64,000 nucleotides of DNA, from positions 21,299-85,298 of the IMG/VR virus record IMGVR_UViG_2687453531_000003. One strand, given 5' to 3'. Of this stretch, positions 18,529 to 27,341 are shown piece after piece. The stretch's first letter is position 1. Each line of letters starts with the position of its first letter. The position numbers and the translations under genes are program-made. This stretch comes from a virus (Duplodnaviria; Caudoviricetes). The notes below the pieces were generated by a model, which saw only the letters and a program-made list of their open reading frames with translations, had not been told where the DNA came from and ran no database searches.

Positions 18529-21241
18529 GCCGCTGCGCCAGTACCCCGTCCGCGCGCGGATGCCAATCGACACCTGGTTGCGTGGGAACGTGGCGAGCTA
18601 TCGCCGCAATCGGCGCCGCATCCGCCGGGGTGAGTTGAACCCGGTAAGCATCTCGGTCAACGGTCGGCTCGTCCACTTCAGCCGCTGGCGCGTGACCGAG
18701 ATCGGACCCGACGACGAGGTCCACATCTGGAAAGAGCCGAAGGGCATCGATCCGATCTCGATCACAATCGCCGCGATCAAGAGCGCCCAGGCGCTGTTTC
18801 GGTTGTTCATGCCTCGGATCAAGATGCCGAGCACCCAGAACCCGCGCCAGGGCGACCCGTTGGAGAGCGCGCGGACCAAGGCGAACCAGGTCCGCTACGG
18901 CGACATCGTCCGGGAGGCGTTTGGCCGGAACAAGATCTACCCCGACTACATCGTCCCGCAATGCCGGCGTTTCCCCAGCGAGCGGACGGAGTGGGTCCAG
19001 ATGCTGCTGGCGGTCGGGATCGGCGACTACGAGATCCACGCCAGCGACATCATGATCGGCGACACCCCGATCATTTCGCTCGGCAATAACGCCCGCTACC
19101 GCATCTATCGGCCGGGTGAGAGTGTGGCTGGCGACCCGGCTGCGGAGTGGTGGCACTCGGTTGCCGAGGTCGGCGCCACGGCGACGGGCACAGCGGGGAT
19201 CGACCTCCGTACAACCACCACGGTGGACCAGTCTGCGAACGCCCAGGCGTACCAGTTCGACGGCGACCTGGTCACCGTTCCCGTCGGGGCCGGCCAGTTC
19301 CCCACTGGCTGGGCTGCCGGGATGATCGTCCGCGTCGAAGTGATGTACCAGTACAACGTCACCGCAGGCACCGGAGTGGGCGGTCGAGACACAATCTCCG
19401 GCCCGCTCGCCCAGCTCGGCGCTTTCCCAGGCATGGTTATCGAGGTCACCGGGGCGAACGAAGGCATCTACGTCGTCAACAGCTACACCGCGCCGGCAGG
19501 GTCTACGCCAGCGTCGATGACGCTCAATACCACCAGCGGTGCCCCCGTTTCTGGGTTGCAGTACGGCACGGGCTGGGCGTGTATTGGCTACCGCGGGCTC
19601 CGGTACCGGATCACCGCTGCGAGCTCCAGCCAATTGGCGCTGGACCGGTTGACCGATACCGGCTCCGACGACACTGCTTGGCCTGGATTCGACTACATCG
19701 AGAGCAACTCGGCGGTCCTGAAACTGGACGGCTCCACGCTGGAGGGAGACTGGGCCGGCCCGTTCGCAGGGAACCCGGAGGCCGAGAAGGCCACCGCGAT
19801 CGAGTTCGACTACATGTTCCCGCAAGGCCTCGGAGGGGTGGACAAGAAAGGGAGACTCTTCAACTGGCAGGTCGAGATCGAACTGCAGTGGCGCGACATG
19901 GCCCTGGCCGGCGCATGGACCTCCTACCGCGAGACCATCAGCCGAGCGACTCTGGATCAGATCGCGTTCACGCGCCGGATCAACCTGCCGTATGCAATGC
20001 GCCCTGAGGTCAGGATGCGTCGGATCGGCGCGAAGTCAACCGAGACCACCATTCAGGATACCGTGCAGTGGTACGGCCTACGGACAAGGCTGGCGAGCCC
20101 GTCGTCCTACCCCGGAATGACCGTCATTTCAGTGGCGGTCGCCGGCGGCGGCCGCTTGGGTGCGCAGTCCGAGAATCGGGTCTCGGTGATCGGTACCCGG
20201 ATACTCCCGACGCGCCAGAACGGCGCGTGGACGGAGCCGCGGCCTGTCCGGGATCTGGTGGCGCCGTTCTGCTACGTCGCAAAGTCCGTTGGCTACGAGG
20301 ATGCAGACCTCGACCTGGTCGAGATCGATGCACTGGCCGATATCTGGGCGCAGCGAGGCGACACGTTCGATCACCAGTACGAGTCGACGTCGACGGTGAA
20401 GGAAGTGCTGGGCGATATCCTCGCCGCGGGATTCTCTGAACTGACCATTGGGCGCGGGCGGCTGCGTCCGGTTCGCGATGGGCTGCGCGAGGGTGTCGAT
20501 CATCTCTACACCACGCCGGCGGCGAATGGCGAGGTCTGGGCCTACTCGGCACAGAACATGAAAGGGTCGCTTTCCAGAACCTTCAGCACGCCAACCCCAG
20601 ACGACAACGACGGCGTCGACGTCGAGCACATCGACGGCCGAACATTCCAGAAACAGACGGTCAAGTGCCGCCTGCCTGGCCAGTTGGGGTTGAAGCCCGA
20701 GAAGGTCAGCGCTGTCGGGGTGAGCGATGTCAATAAGGCGTATCAGAAGGGCATGCGTCGAGCGGCAGAGCAGCGCTACCGGCGGTGGAACTACTCGTTC
20801 GAGACGGAGCTCGACGCGAACAACAGCGGCTATCTCAGCCTGGCCGCTGTGTCCGACGACACGCCGGGGAGTGGCCAGAGCGCATTCCTGAAGTCGATCG
20901 CCCCTCGTGACACTGGCTTTGTATTGGAGAGCAGCGAGCCTCTGGACTGGGCTGGTATGGAAACGGCCAGGGTTGCGCTTCGCAAGCCGGATGGTCGAGT
21001 AGACGGCCCTTGGAGTGCATCGCGAATCGACGACCGCCGGATGCTGGTACCGTCACTCGGTTTCGTCCCTGACCTGTCCTGGGCGCGCGAGCCGCCGCAT
21101 CTCCTGTTCGGTCGCATCCATCCAGTGCTGATAACCGGTGTGGACCCGAAGGGCCTCGAGAGCTGCTCTGTCCGCGGCGTGAACTACGACGAGAGGCTCT
21201 ACGTCAACGACAACGCCACCGCGCCGCCTGAGGCGGTCTGA
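18494..21241 (+). CDS. Central tail tip/host specificity protein (gpJ-like)
   Basis: 915 aa, REAFGRNKIYPDY, ends NYDERLY; synteny. Confidence 0.82.
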   Translation: MIEFFANKLDPEPLRQYPVRARMPIDTWLRGNVASYRRNRRRIRRGELNPVSISVNGRLVHFSRWRVTEIGPDDEVHIWKEPKGIDPISITIAAIKSAQALFRLFMPRIKMPSTQNPRQGDPLESARTKANQVRYGDIVREAFGRNKIYPDYIVPQCRRFPSERTEWVQMLLAVGIGDYEIHASDIMIGDTPIISLGNNARYRIYRPGESVAGDPAAEWWHSVAEVGATATGTAGIDLRTTTTVDQSANAQAYQFDGDLVTVPVGAGQFPTGWAAGMIVRVEVMYQYNVTAGTGVGGRDTISGPLAQLGAFPGMVIEVTGANEGIYVVNSYTAPAGSTPASMTLNTTSGAPVSGLQYGTGWACIGYRGLRYRITAASSSQLALDRLTDTGSDDTAWPGFDYIESNSAVLKLDGSTLEGDWAGPFAGNPEAEKATAIEFDYMFPQGLGGVDKKGRLFNWQVEIELQWRDMALAGAWTSYRETISRATLDQIAFTRRINLPYAMRPEVRMRRIGAKSTETTIQDTVQWYGLRTRLASPSSYPGMTVISVAVAGGGRLGAQSENRVSVIGTRILPTRQNGAWTEPRPVRDLVAPFCYVAKSVGYEDADLDLVEIDALADIWAQRGDTFDHQYESTSTVKEVLGDILAAGFSELTIGRGRLRPVRDGLREGVDHLYTTPAANGEVWAYSAQNMKGSLSRTFSTPTPDDNDGVDVEHIDGRTFQKQTVKCRLPGQLGLKPEKVSAVGVSDVNKAYQKGMRRAAEQRYRRWNYSFETELDANNSGYLSLAAVSDDTPGSGQSAFLKSIAPRDTGFVLESSEPLDWAGMETARVALRKPDGRVDGPWSASRIDDRRMLVPSLGFVPDLSWAREPPHLLFGRIHPVLITGVDPKGLESCSVRGVNYDERLYVNDNATAPPEAV

Positions 21242-21266
21242 CCGCCAACACATAACCCCCATGAAG

Positions 21267-21290
21267 AACCCCGCCCTGTGCGGGGTTTTT
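21267..21290 (+). terminator. Intrinsic terminator
   Basis: AACCCCGC-cctgt-GCGGGGTT followed by TTT. Confidence 0.75.
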
Positions 21291-21307
21291 GCTTTCTAGG
21301 AGCAGCC

Positions 21308-22987
21308 ATGCCCGTCCGTTACAACACCATGAACCCGGTCGAGCCGAATGGGTCTTCCGACTTCCGTGATCTGTCTGACAACACTGCGAACCTTGACCTT
21401 GCGATGAATGGCCAGGCCCTGACCTGGACGAATCGAATTGGAGGTGAAGAGAAGTCTTGGCGGGGCATTGTGCAGTGGATTGCCGATTGGCTCGCCGCGC
21501 AGGGATTCGAGCCAGGCTTCCTTGAGTATGTCGACGGCTCTCCGCTGATTGTTGATCGCCCGACCCAACTGATCCAGCGCGACGGGAATCTCTACAGCGT
21601 TAAGCGGCCAGCAGATTTCCCGGTCAGCCTCAACGGGAACTGGGCCACCGACCAGACCCTGCTGGTTGCCCAGGTCGACCGCTCGCTGCGTCAGCAGTTG
21701 AGAGCTCCGGGTGGCGCCGGAATGATCGGTTACGATCCGGCGGAAACGTACCCATCAGATACAATCGGCTACGAGGTAAATACCCTCGGGGCGCTCAAGG
21801 TTGTCGTAGTTACGAATTACGGCGCCACCGGCAACGGGACGACTGATGACACGGCGGCGATTCAGGCTGCCATTGCAGCAGCAGGGCCATATTCAGATGT
21901 CGTATTCCCGTCTGGAACTTACCTCATCACCTCTACGCTCACCTCGTTGACTGGTCAGCGCTGGCTTGGTAGAGGCGGCCAACGAGGCACTACGATCAAG
22001 AAGGGTGCCAACATCGACATGGTTGTTGTGGGCACCCTTTCCACCATTCTTGATATCAACCTCGAAGGCGTTGGTTCTACCTATACAGGAAAGGGGTTCA
22101 GGATCGTCTCTGGATTTAGTCAAACGATCACAAGATGCCGTGCGGTAAATATGGGCGGTAACCCCATGTGGTTCGACGTTGATGCAGGTGGCGGGGCTAA
22201 CGTGACATGTTTTGAAGGCTATCCAGTTGATCCAGATGCCTATGCAGGAATCCAGATTGCTGGTGATACTGGTGCTCATCCTAGATTTTTCCGAGGGATT
22301 TGGCTAAGTGGCGCTAACTTCGCGCTCGGTCCAGGCGGCGGTAATGGTGGGAGTCTGTCTGAGTTCTATATCAGAACTTTCGTATTTGATCCGACATCTA
22401 CGCTTTTCCATATTTCAAATGGAAGGTGCTCTACTCCATCTACAACTATTAGGGGTTTTGACCATTCCATTGATGGGGTTGCATTTCCAGGGCCTTTAAC
22501 CCTTGACTCTGCTCAAGGAATTAACTTCGGACCATCCTGCGGAATAAATAACAACTTCACCGAAGTCAACTCGCAATACAACGCTGTCTATATCCAGCGA
22601 AGGACCTACACTCCAACGTGGAAGCAGTCTACTGCTACACCATCGATAGGAAATGGCACTCTCACCGGGAATTTCGTCAGGTCTGGTCATATGTGCCACC
22701 TCCAGCTTGAGCTTATTGCTGGGTCCACCACGACCTTTGGAGATAGTGCCTCAGCTTATAGGTTTTCGTTACCCTTCCCAGGGCATCTGTCGTTTAATCA
22801 ACGTGGCTTCCCTGTAAGAATCTATGATTCGAGTGCAGGGGCTGATTTCACTGGGTGGGCGAGCATTGCGGCCGGTTCTTCAGAGTTTACGATCTCTTTC
22901 GGGGGACAGCAGGTTAGGGCGTCTTCGCCCATGACCTGGGCAAGCGGAGACACCTTGCAGTGCTCATTTTCGTACATGGTTAGGTAG
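21308..22987 (+). CDS. Tailspike/depolymerase (pectate-lyase-like beta-helix)
   Basis: N-terminal anchor YNTMNPVEPNGSSDFRDLSDN; NYGATGNGTTDDTAAIQAAI...VVFPSGTYLI. Confidence 0.85.
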   Translation: MPVRYNTMNPVEPNGSSDFRDLSDNTANLDLAMNGQALTWTNRIGGEEKSWRGIVQWIADWLAAQGFEPGFLEYVDGSPLIVDRPTQLIQRDGNLYSVKRPADFPVSLNGNWATDQTLLVAQVDRSLRQQLRAPGGAGMIGYDPAETYPSDTIGYEVNTLGALKVVVVTNYGATGNGTTDDTAAIQAAIAAAGPYSDVVFPSGTYLITSTLTSLTGQRWLGRGGQRGTTIKKGANIDMVVVGTLSTILDINLEGVGSTYTGKGFRIVSGFSQTITRCRAVNMGGNPMWFDVDAGGGANVTCFEGYPVDPDAYAGIQIAGDTGAHPRFFRGIWLSGANFALGPGGGNGGSLSEFYIRTFVFDPTSTLFHISNGRCSTPSTTIRGFDHSIDGVAFPGPLTLDSAQGINFGPSCGINNNFTEVNSQYNAVYIQRRTYTPTWKQSTATPSIGNGTLTGNFVRSGHMCHLQLELIAGSTTTFGDSASAYRFSLPFPGHLSFNQRGFPVRIYDSSAGADFTGWASIAAGSSEFTISFGGQQVRASSPMTWASGDTLQCSFSYMVR

Positions 22988-23051
22988 GTTCGAGTCGCCA
23001 CAGGGATGTGGCTATCGGCTACAATCGGCGCCTGTCAATCTGGAGGACGCC

Positions 23052-24308
23052 ATGTACGCGATGCTAACCGGGGTAACCCTGCTCATTTTTTCAGTGGTTG
23101 CAAGGCTTCTAGCGCGTAGCGCCATACACCCCTCGGTCGCTATGCCAGTCACCTGGGGGTTAGGCCTTCTCGGAGTCAGCCTAGCATCTATGATAGGTTT
23201 CTATCCTGTCGAGTCCGACGCTCTGCTTATTTTCCTCGCAGGTGTCCTTTCGTTTTCACTCTCGTCCGCATTTTTCTCTTTCATCTACAATTCATATACT
23301 CCTCCATATAGCTACAATGTTCTTTTCGATAGAGATCTGCGCGCTAAATCTCTAGTTTTTTTCTTCTGTGTAGCACACCTGTTTTTTCTCACAGTAATCT
23401 ACAGAGATTTGTCTTCTATTGCTCCAACTCTGCGCGAAGCGGCATATATGGTTCGTGCGCAGTCAGTATCAGGTGAGCCACTCCTCAGTTCTTTGTCTCT
23501 AAATTATCTTCAGCTTGGTCAAACAGTAATACCTCTTGTGGTATTGCTTTATTTGCGCGGGAAATGCGGGGCTATAGGCATGCTGTCTGTTTCTGCTCCA
23601 TGGATGGCTGTCATACTTCTGGCAAGCGGTAGATCATCTCTTATGCAGATGCTTGTCGGGTTGTTCTTTATTTATGTTCTGGTAAAGGGTCGTCCATCCA
23701 TCAAGAGCATTCTCGTGATAGGTGCGGCAATGTTCTTGGTAATTGCTGTTGGTGCAGTTGCAACGTCTAAGATCCAGTTTCACGAAGGTGATGGAATCTC
23801 TACCTTATTCGTTGAGCTTTACCGTCACGTTGCTGGGTATGCTTTGCAGGGCCCTGTTTTATTTGATAGGTACTATCAGGGGCTGATTCAGGTTGAACCT
23901 CATTGGTCGCCTTTTAACGGTCTTTGCAGTATGGGTTATATATTGGGCTTGTGTGATAAGCCTATTCAGCATCTAGATTTTTACGCTTATGCTCCAGGCG
24001 AGCTTGGAAACGTATACTCAGTATTCTTCTCTATGTACCCTCACTATGGTGTTTTAGGTGTGGTTTTCTTTATGTCTGTTTATGGCATGGTTTGCTCGTA
24101 TGCATACTGTAAAGCCAAGAAGGGTAGTCTGTACTTCACAATTCTCTCCTCGTACTTCTTTTCTGCAATCGTGTTTTCCCTGTTTAGTGACCAGATATCC
24201 ACCTCATGGTGGTTCTACGTCAAAATGACGATCATTCTGGGAGTCCTGTGCTTCGTGTTTAAGCGTGACAGGATGTTTGTGATACGCCTTCCGCAGAAAG
24301 CCAACTGA
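23052..24308 (+). CDS. wzy: O-antigen polymerase
   Basis: 418 aa, about 10-11 TM segments, SGRSSL and GNVYSVF...YG motifs, low GC; recalled similarity to P. aeruginosa O6 Wzy. Confidence 0.85.
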   Translation: MYAMLTGVTLLIFSVVARLLARSAIHPSVAMPVTWGLGLLGVSLASMIGFYPVESDALLIFLAGVLSFSLSSAFFSFIYNSYTPPYSYNVLFDRDLRAKSLVFFFCVAHLFFLTVIYRDLSSIAPTLREAAYMVRAQSVSGEPLLSSLSLNYLQLGQTVIPLVVLLYLRGKCGAIGMLSVSAPWMAVILLASGRSSLMQMLVGLFFIYVLVKGRPSIKSILVIGAAMFLVIAVGAVATSKIQFHEGDGISTLFVELYRHVAGYALQGPVLFDRYYQGLIQVEPHWSPFNGLCSMGYILGLCDKPIQHLDFYAYAPGELGNVYSVFFSMYPHYGVLGVVFFMSVYGMVCSYAYCKAKKGSLYFTILSSYFFSAIVFSLFSDQISTSWWFYVKMTIILGVLCFVFKRDRMFVIRLPQKAN

Positions 24309-24346
24309 TATCGTAAAGTCTTCGTCAACGTTCATGAGGGTCTGGT

Positions 24347-24694
24347 GTGGCTAAAAAGGGAATCGACTCAGCGATCATCCATGCGAAGCGGATGACTAAG
24401 CTGAATAGCGCGTCCAGCAGCTACGGTTGCAGGACTTTGTTTATGCATCTGTCGGCCCTTCGTCCAGATACCCGAACCTCTCATGCGGCAAGGCATGGAA
24501 AGCTTTTCACTGCTGATCAGGTAAGGGAGTGGTATGCGCGTGATGGCAATTCAGAGGGATGCAGGTGCTCACTCGTTGAGGTCCTCGTAGACGAGCAGGG
24601 TGTCCCCCTGACCCCCATGCTGGTTGAGCGTGCGCGTCAGACTTTCGAAAATATGAAGGCGAAGGGGCGCGGCGACTGGACAAGAGAACTGTGA
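24347..24694 (+). CDS. Stand-alone gpF/gp7-like C-terminal domain protein
   Basis: HLSALRPDTRTSHAARHGKLFT...GCRCS. Confidence 0.6.
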   Translation: MAKKGIDSAIIHAKRMTKLNSASSSYGCRTLFMHLSALRPDTRTSHAARHGKLFTADQVREWYARDGNSEGCRCSLVEVLVDEQGVPLTPMLVERARQTFENMKAKGRGDWTREL

Positions 24695-24711
24695 CATTGA
24701 GTGATCTCAGC

Positions 24712-24740
24712 AGCCCGGCCAAGAGCCGGGCTTTTTATTT
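24712..24740 (+). terminator. Intrinsic terminator ending the wzy moron
   Basis: AGCCCGGC-caaga-GCCGGGCT followed by TTTTATTT. Confidence 0.75.
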
Positions 24741-24751
24741 CAGGAGAACGT

Positions 24752-25381
24752 ATGCCCATCACCGAGCAGCAATTGCTGCGCATTTTTCCCAACGCCGGCC
24801 CTCGCGCCGGCGTTTTTGTTGGTGCGCTGAACCGCGGGATGACGCGGTTCGGTATCACGTCGCCGGTGCGCGCGGCGGCATTCCTCGCCCAGGTCGGCCA
24901 CGAGAGCGCCCAACTGACCCACCTGGTGGAGAGCCTCAACTACAGTGCGCGTGGCTTGGCGGCGACCTGGCCGAGCCGGTACCGCGATGCCGACGGCCAG
25001 CCCAATGCTCTGGCGCAGCGCGTGGCGCGGAACCCCAGGGCCATCGCCAACAACGCCTACGCCTCGCGCAACGGCAATGGGGACGAGGCGTCGGGCGACG
25101 GCTGGCGTTTCCGCGGGCGTGGGCTGCTGCAGATCACCGGCCGGGCGAACTACCGCGCCGCCGGCGCCGGGCTGGGCCAGCCGCTGGAGCAGGAGCCCGA
25201 GCTTCTCGAGCAACCGGAGTGGGCGGCGATCTCGGCGGCCTGGTGGTGGTCGACGCACGGCCTCAACGAGTTGGCCGACCGCGGCGAGTTCGCCGCCATC
25301 ACCCGTCGGATCAACGGTGGACTCAACGGCCATGCGGAGCGCCTGGCGTTGTGGGCGCGCGCAAAGGCGGTGCTGGCATGA
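24752..25381 (+). CDS. Endolysin, glycoside hydrolase family 19
   Basis: AAFLAQVGHES, GDGWRFRGRGLLQITGRANY, TRRINGG. Confidence 0.93.
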   Translation: MPITEQQLLRIFPNAGPRAGVFVGALNRGMTRFGITSPVRAAAFLAQVGHESAQLTHLVESLNYSARGLAATWPSRYRDADGQPNALAQRVARNPRAIANNAYASRNGNGDEASGDGWRFRGRGLLQITGRANYRAAGAGLGQPLEQEPELLEQPEWAAISAAWWWSTHGLNELADRGEFAAITRRINGGLNGHAERLALWARAKAVLA

Positions 25382-25758
25382 CCTGGCTCCTCAGCTACTG
25401 GAAGCCCCTGGCCCTGGTGCTGGCCGTGCTGCTGATGGTCGTCGCCGGCGCCAGCCTGGGCGCCTGGCTGACCGCCGGGCACTACCGGCCTCAGCTCGAC
25501 CAGGCCGCCCAGGACCTGACGGCCTGTCGCGCGGCCCGGGGCAACCTGGAGTCCCTGGTAGGCCAGCAGAACGCGGCCATCGCCGGCCTGGCTGATCAGG
25601 CCGAGCAGCGCCAGGCGAAGGCCGCCCAGGCGGTTGTCGATGCTCAGCAGCAGGCAGGCCAGCGCTTCGCCGCCGCGCAGCGCCTGCAGCAGGAGCGCGC
25701 CGAGGGTGATCAGTGCGCAGCGGCAGAGGCGGTCATCGACAAGGAGCTGGGGCTATGA
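25378..25758 (+). CDS. Inner-membrane spanin (Rz-like)
   Basis: ATGA overlap with lysin; N-terminal TM then Ala/Gln coiled coil. Confidence 0.8.
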   Translation: MTWLLSYWKPLALVLAVLLMVVAGASLGAWLTAGHYRPQLDQAAQDLTACRAARGNLESLVGQQNAAIAGLADQAEQRQAKAAQAVVDAQQQAGQRFAAAQRLQQERAEGDQCAAAEAVIDKELGL

Positions 25759-26081
25759 AGCTGCAGGCGTGGCGAAAGACTGCAGGTGCAGCGATTTCCG
25801 GCAGGTGCAGCCGAAAGGTGCAGGTGGTGCAGGTGCTGGGGTTGGTGTTCGCGCTGGCGGGATGCGCCGGCCAGGTGGAGCCTGAGCCGCACACGGTGCG
25901 CGTAGAAGTGCCAGTGGCGGTGCCGTGCCGGGTGCCGGCGGTGGAGGTGCCGGCTTGGGCAACTACTGGGCTGCGAAAAGGCGACGACTTGCAGACCAAG
26001 GTCCGCGCGCTGCTCGCCGAACGCTTGCAGCGGATCGGGTATGAGGCGCAACTGCTTGCAGCCAACAGGGCATGCCAGTAG
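25755..26081 (+). CDS. Outer-membrane spanin lipoprotein (Rz1-like)
   Basis: Lipobox LAGC, VEVPVAVPC; start codon uncertain. Confidence 0.75.
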   Translation: MKLQAWRKTAGAAISGRCSRKVQVVQVLGLVFALAGCAGQVEPEPHTVRVEVPVAVPCRVPAVEVPAWATTGLRKGDDLQTKVRALLAERLQRIGYEAQLLAANRACQ

Positions 26082-26116
26082 GAGTAGACTACGGCCTTTT
26101 CCTACGGAGCAGGGCG

Positions 26117-26383
26117 ATGCTGGTGATTCGATTGGCGGGGAAGTGGACGCTGAAGCTCGACAGGCAGATAGGCAGTTCCGGCAAACACGGGATATGGGCA
26201 TTCCACTGCTCTGAAAGCACTTTCGCGCCGTCTTCAAACGACCTGCGGCGCACTGCGGCGATCCTGCCGGCCGAACCCAAGGAAGGCCAGACGGTGGAGG
26301 TATCCATCTGCGACACCGCGCACTCGCCGGATGGATGGATCGCTGTTGGCGCAGGCGTCGCCGCTTACGAAGCGGAGCGCTGA
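26117..26383 (+). CDS. 88-aa hypothetical protein
   Basis: GGAG RBS; MLVIRLAGKWTLKLDRQ...; overlaps the 3' end of the convergent SRAP gene. Confidence 0.6.
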   Translation: MLVIRLAGKWTLKLDRQIGSSGKHGIWAFHCSESTFAPSSNDLRRTAAILPAEPKEGQTVEVSICDTAHSPDGWIAVGAGVAAYEAER

Positions 26384-27051
26384 GGCTCGATCAACTGCGG
26401 CCCCTGGTTCCTCACGTTCCCCACGTCGCGGCTTACCGGATACCAGGTGAACGCCTCGCTCGGCTCGCCCTGGTTCAGCGCGATCTGTTCCGCGCGCTCC
26501 GCCGGCGTAGCCGGATCCAGCCACTCGCGTGCCTGCTCGGGTGACAGCACAACAGGACGCCGATCGTGGATGTCCACCATGCCGCCCTCGGCGTCCGCGG
26601 TAATGATCACGAAACCATGCCGTTCGTCCTGCGCGCCATCGAGCCCGGGGAACTGGCCGATCGCGGCGCAGAGGATCGGTGAGCCGTCGGCGTGCTGGAT
26701 GTGGTACGGCTGCTTCTTTGACGCACCGGTGTCCACCCACTCGAACCAGCCTGAAACGGGGCAAAGCGCGCGATGGCGCCAAGCTGCGCTGAAGAAGCGT
26801 CCATGCGCCACTTTCTCGACCCGAGCGTTGATCGGCGCCGCGCGGTCCCTAGCCCAGAAGGGCCGCCAGCCCCATCGAATCGGCTGAGCTACGAGCGCAT
26901 CGCCTTCGAGCCGTAGCGTCGTCACGGCCGTCGATGGCGCAACGTTGTAGCGCTCTGACTGTTCGCCGACGAGGTTGACCAGGACGTTGGGCATCGACAG
27001 CGCGTCGACGAACTCGTGCAGGCCGGTGTACTGGCTGAGCCTTCCGCACAT
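26365..27051 (-). CDS. SOS response-associated peptidase (SRAP/YedK, abasic-site protection)
   Basis: MCGR N-terminus, RYNVAP, INARVE, GWFEW, IHDRRPVVL. Confidence 0.93.
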   Translation of the reverse strand: MCGRLSQYTGLHEFVDALSMPNVLVNLVGEQSERYNVAPSTAVTTLRLEGDALVAQPIRWGWRPFWARDRAAPINARVEKVAHGRFFSAAWRHRALCPVSGWFEWVDTGASKKQPYHIQHADGSPILCAAIGQFPGLDGAQDERHGFVIITADAEGGMVDIHDRRPVVLSPEQAREWLDPATPAERAEQIALNQGEPSEAFTWYPVSRDVGNVRNQGPQLIEPQRSAS

Positions 27052-27060
27052 TTCGCATCC

Positions 27061-27153
27061 TCACAGGCTGATCGAAGCTTTCAATACTAGATAGATGCAC
27101 ATCGCTATCGCTGCTGTTAGAAGCAGGCCGACGGCCAGAATACTGAGCTTCAT
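27061..27153 (-). CDS. 30-aa single-TM peptide (not in ORF track)
   Basis: MKLSILAVGLLLTAAIAMCIYLVLKASISL*; GAGGT RBS; stop overlaps the SRAP RBS. Confidence 0.65.
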   Translation of the reverse strand: MKLSILAVGLLLTAAIAMCIYLVLKASISL

Positions 27154-27341
27154 GGTTACCTCGTGAAAGCTGCACCTGAGCTGCTGAATTCATCGAGGGG
27201 ACACAGCAGGACGAAGAGGGGGAGGCTCCAGGAAGGCCTGGACCCTCCGTGACCATAGGAGGAAGTCACCTAGGTAAGGCTAGCCATGTTTCGCGTTTGG
27301 GCAAGCGAAGCGGCGCGGTATGGGCTATCGCGGGAGAGGGG

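Noticed and set aside
22988-24750. D3-type contiguous iap-wzy-oac cassette
   Set aside because: No O-acetyltransferase and no small TM ORF found beside wzy; the only Iap-sized candidate in prophage 1 is at 27061-27153
26117-26383. Anti-CRISPR gene
   Set aside because: Not recognised as any Acr and no adjacent aca HTH gene
27195-27265. RsmY/Z-like sRNA on the + strand (several GGA motifs)
   Set aside because: GGAs mostly lie in stems rather than loops; no clear promoter or terminator
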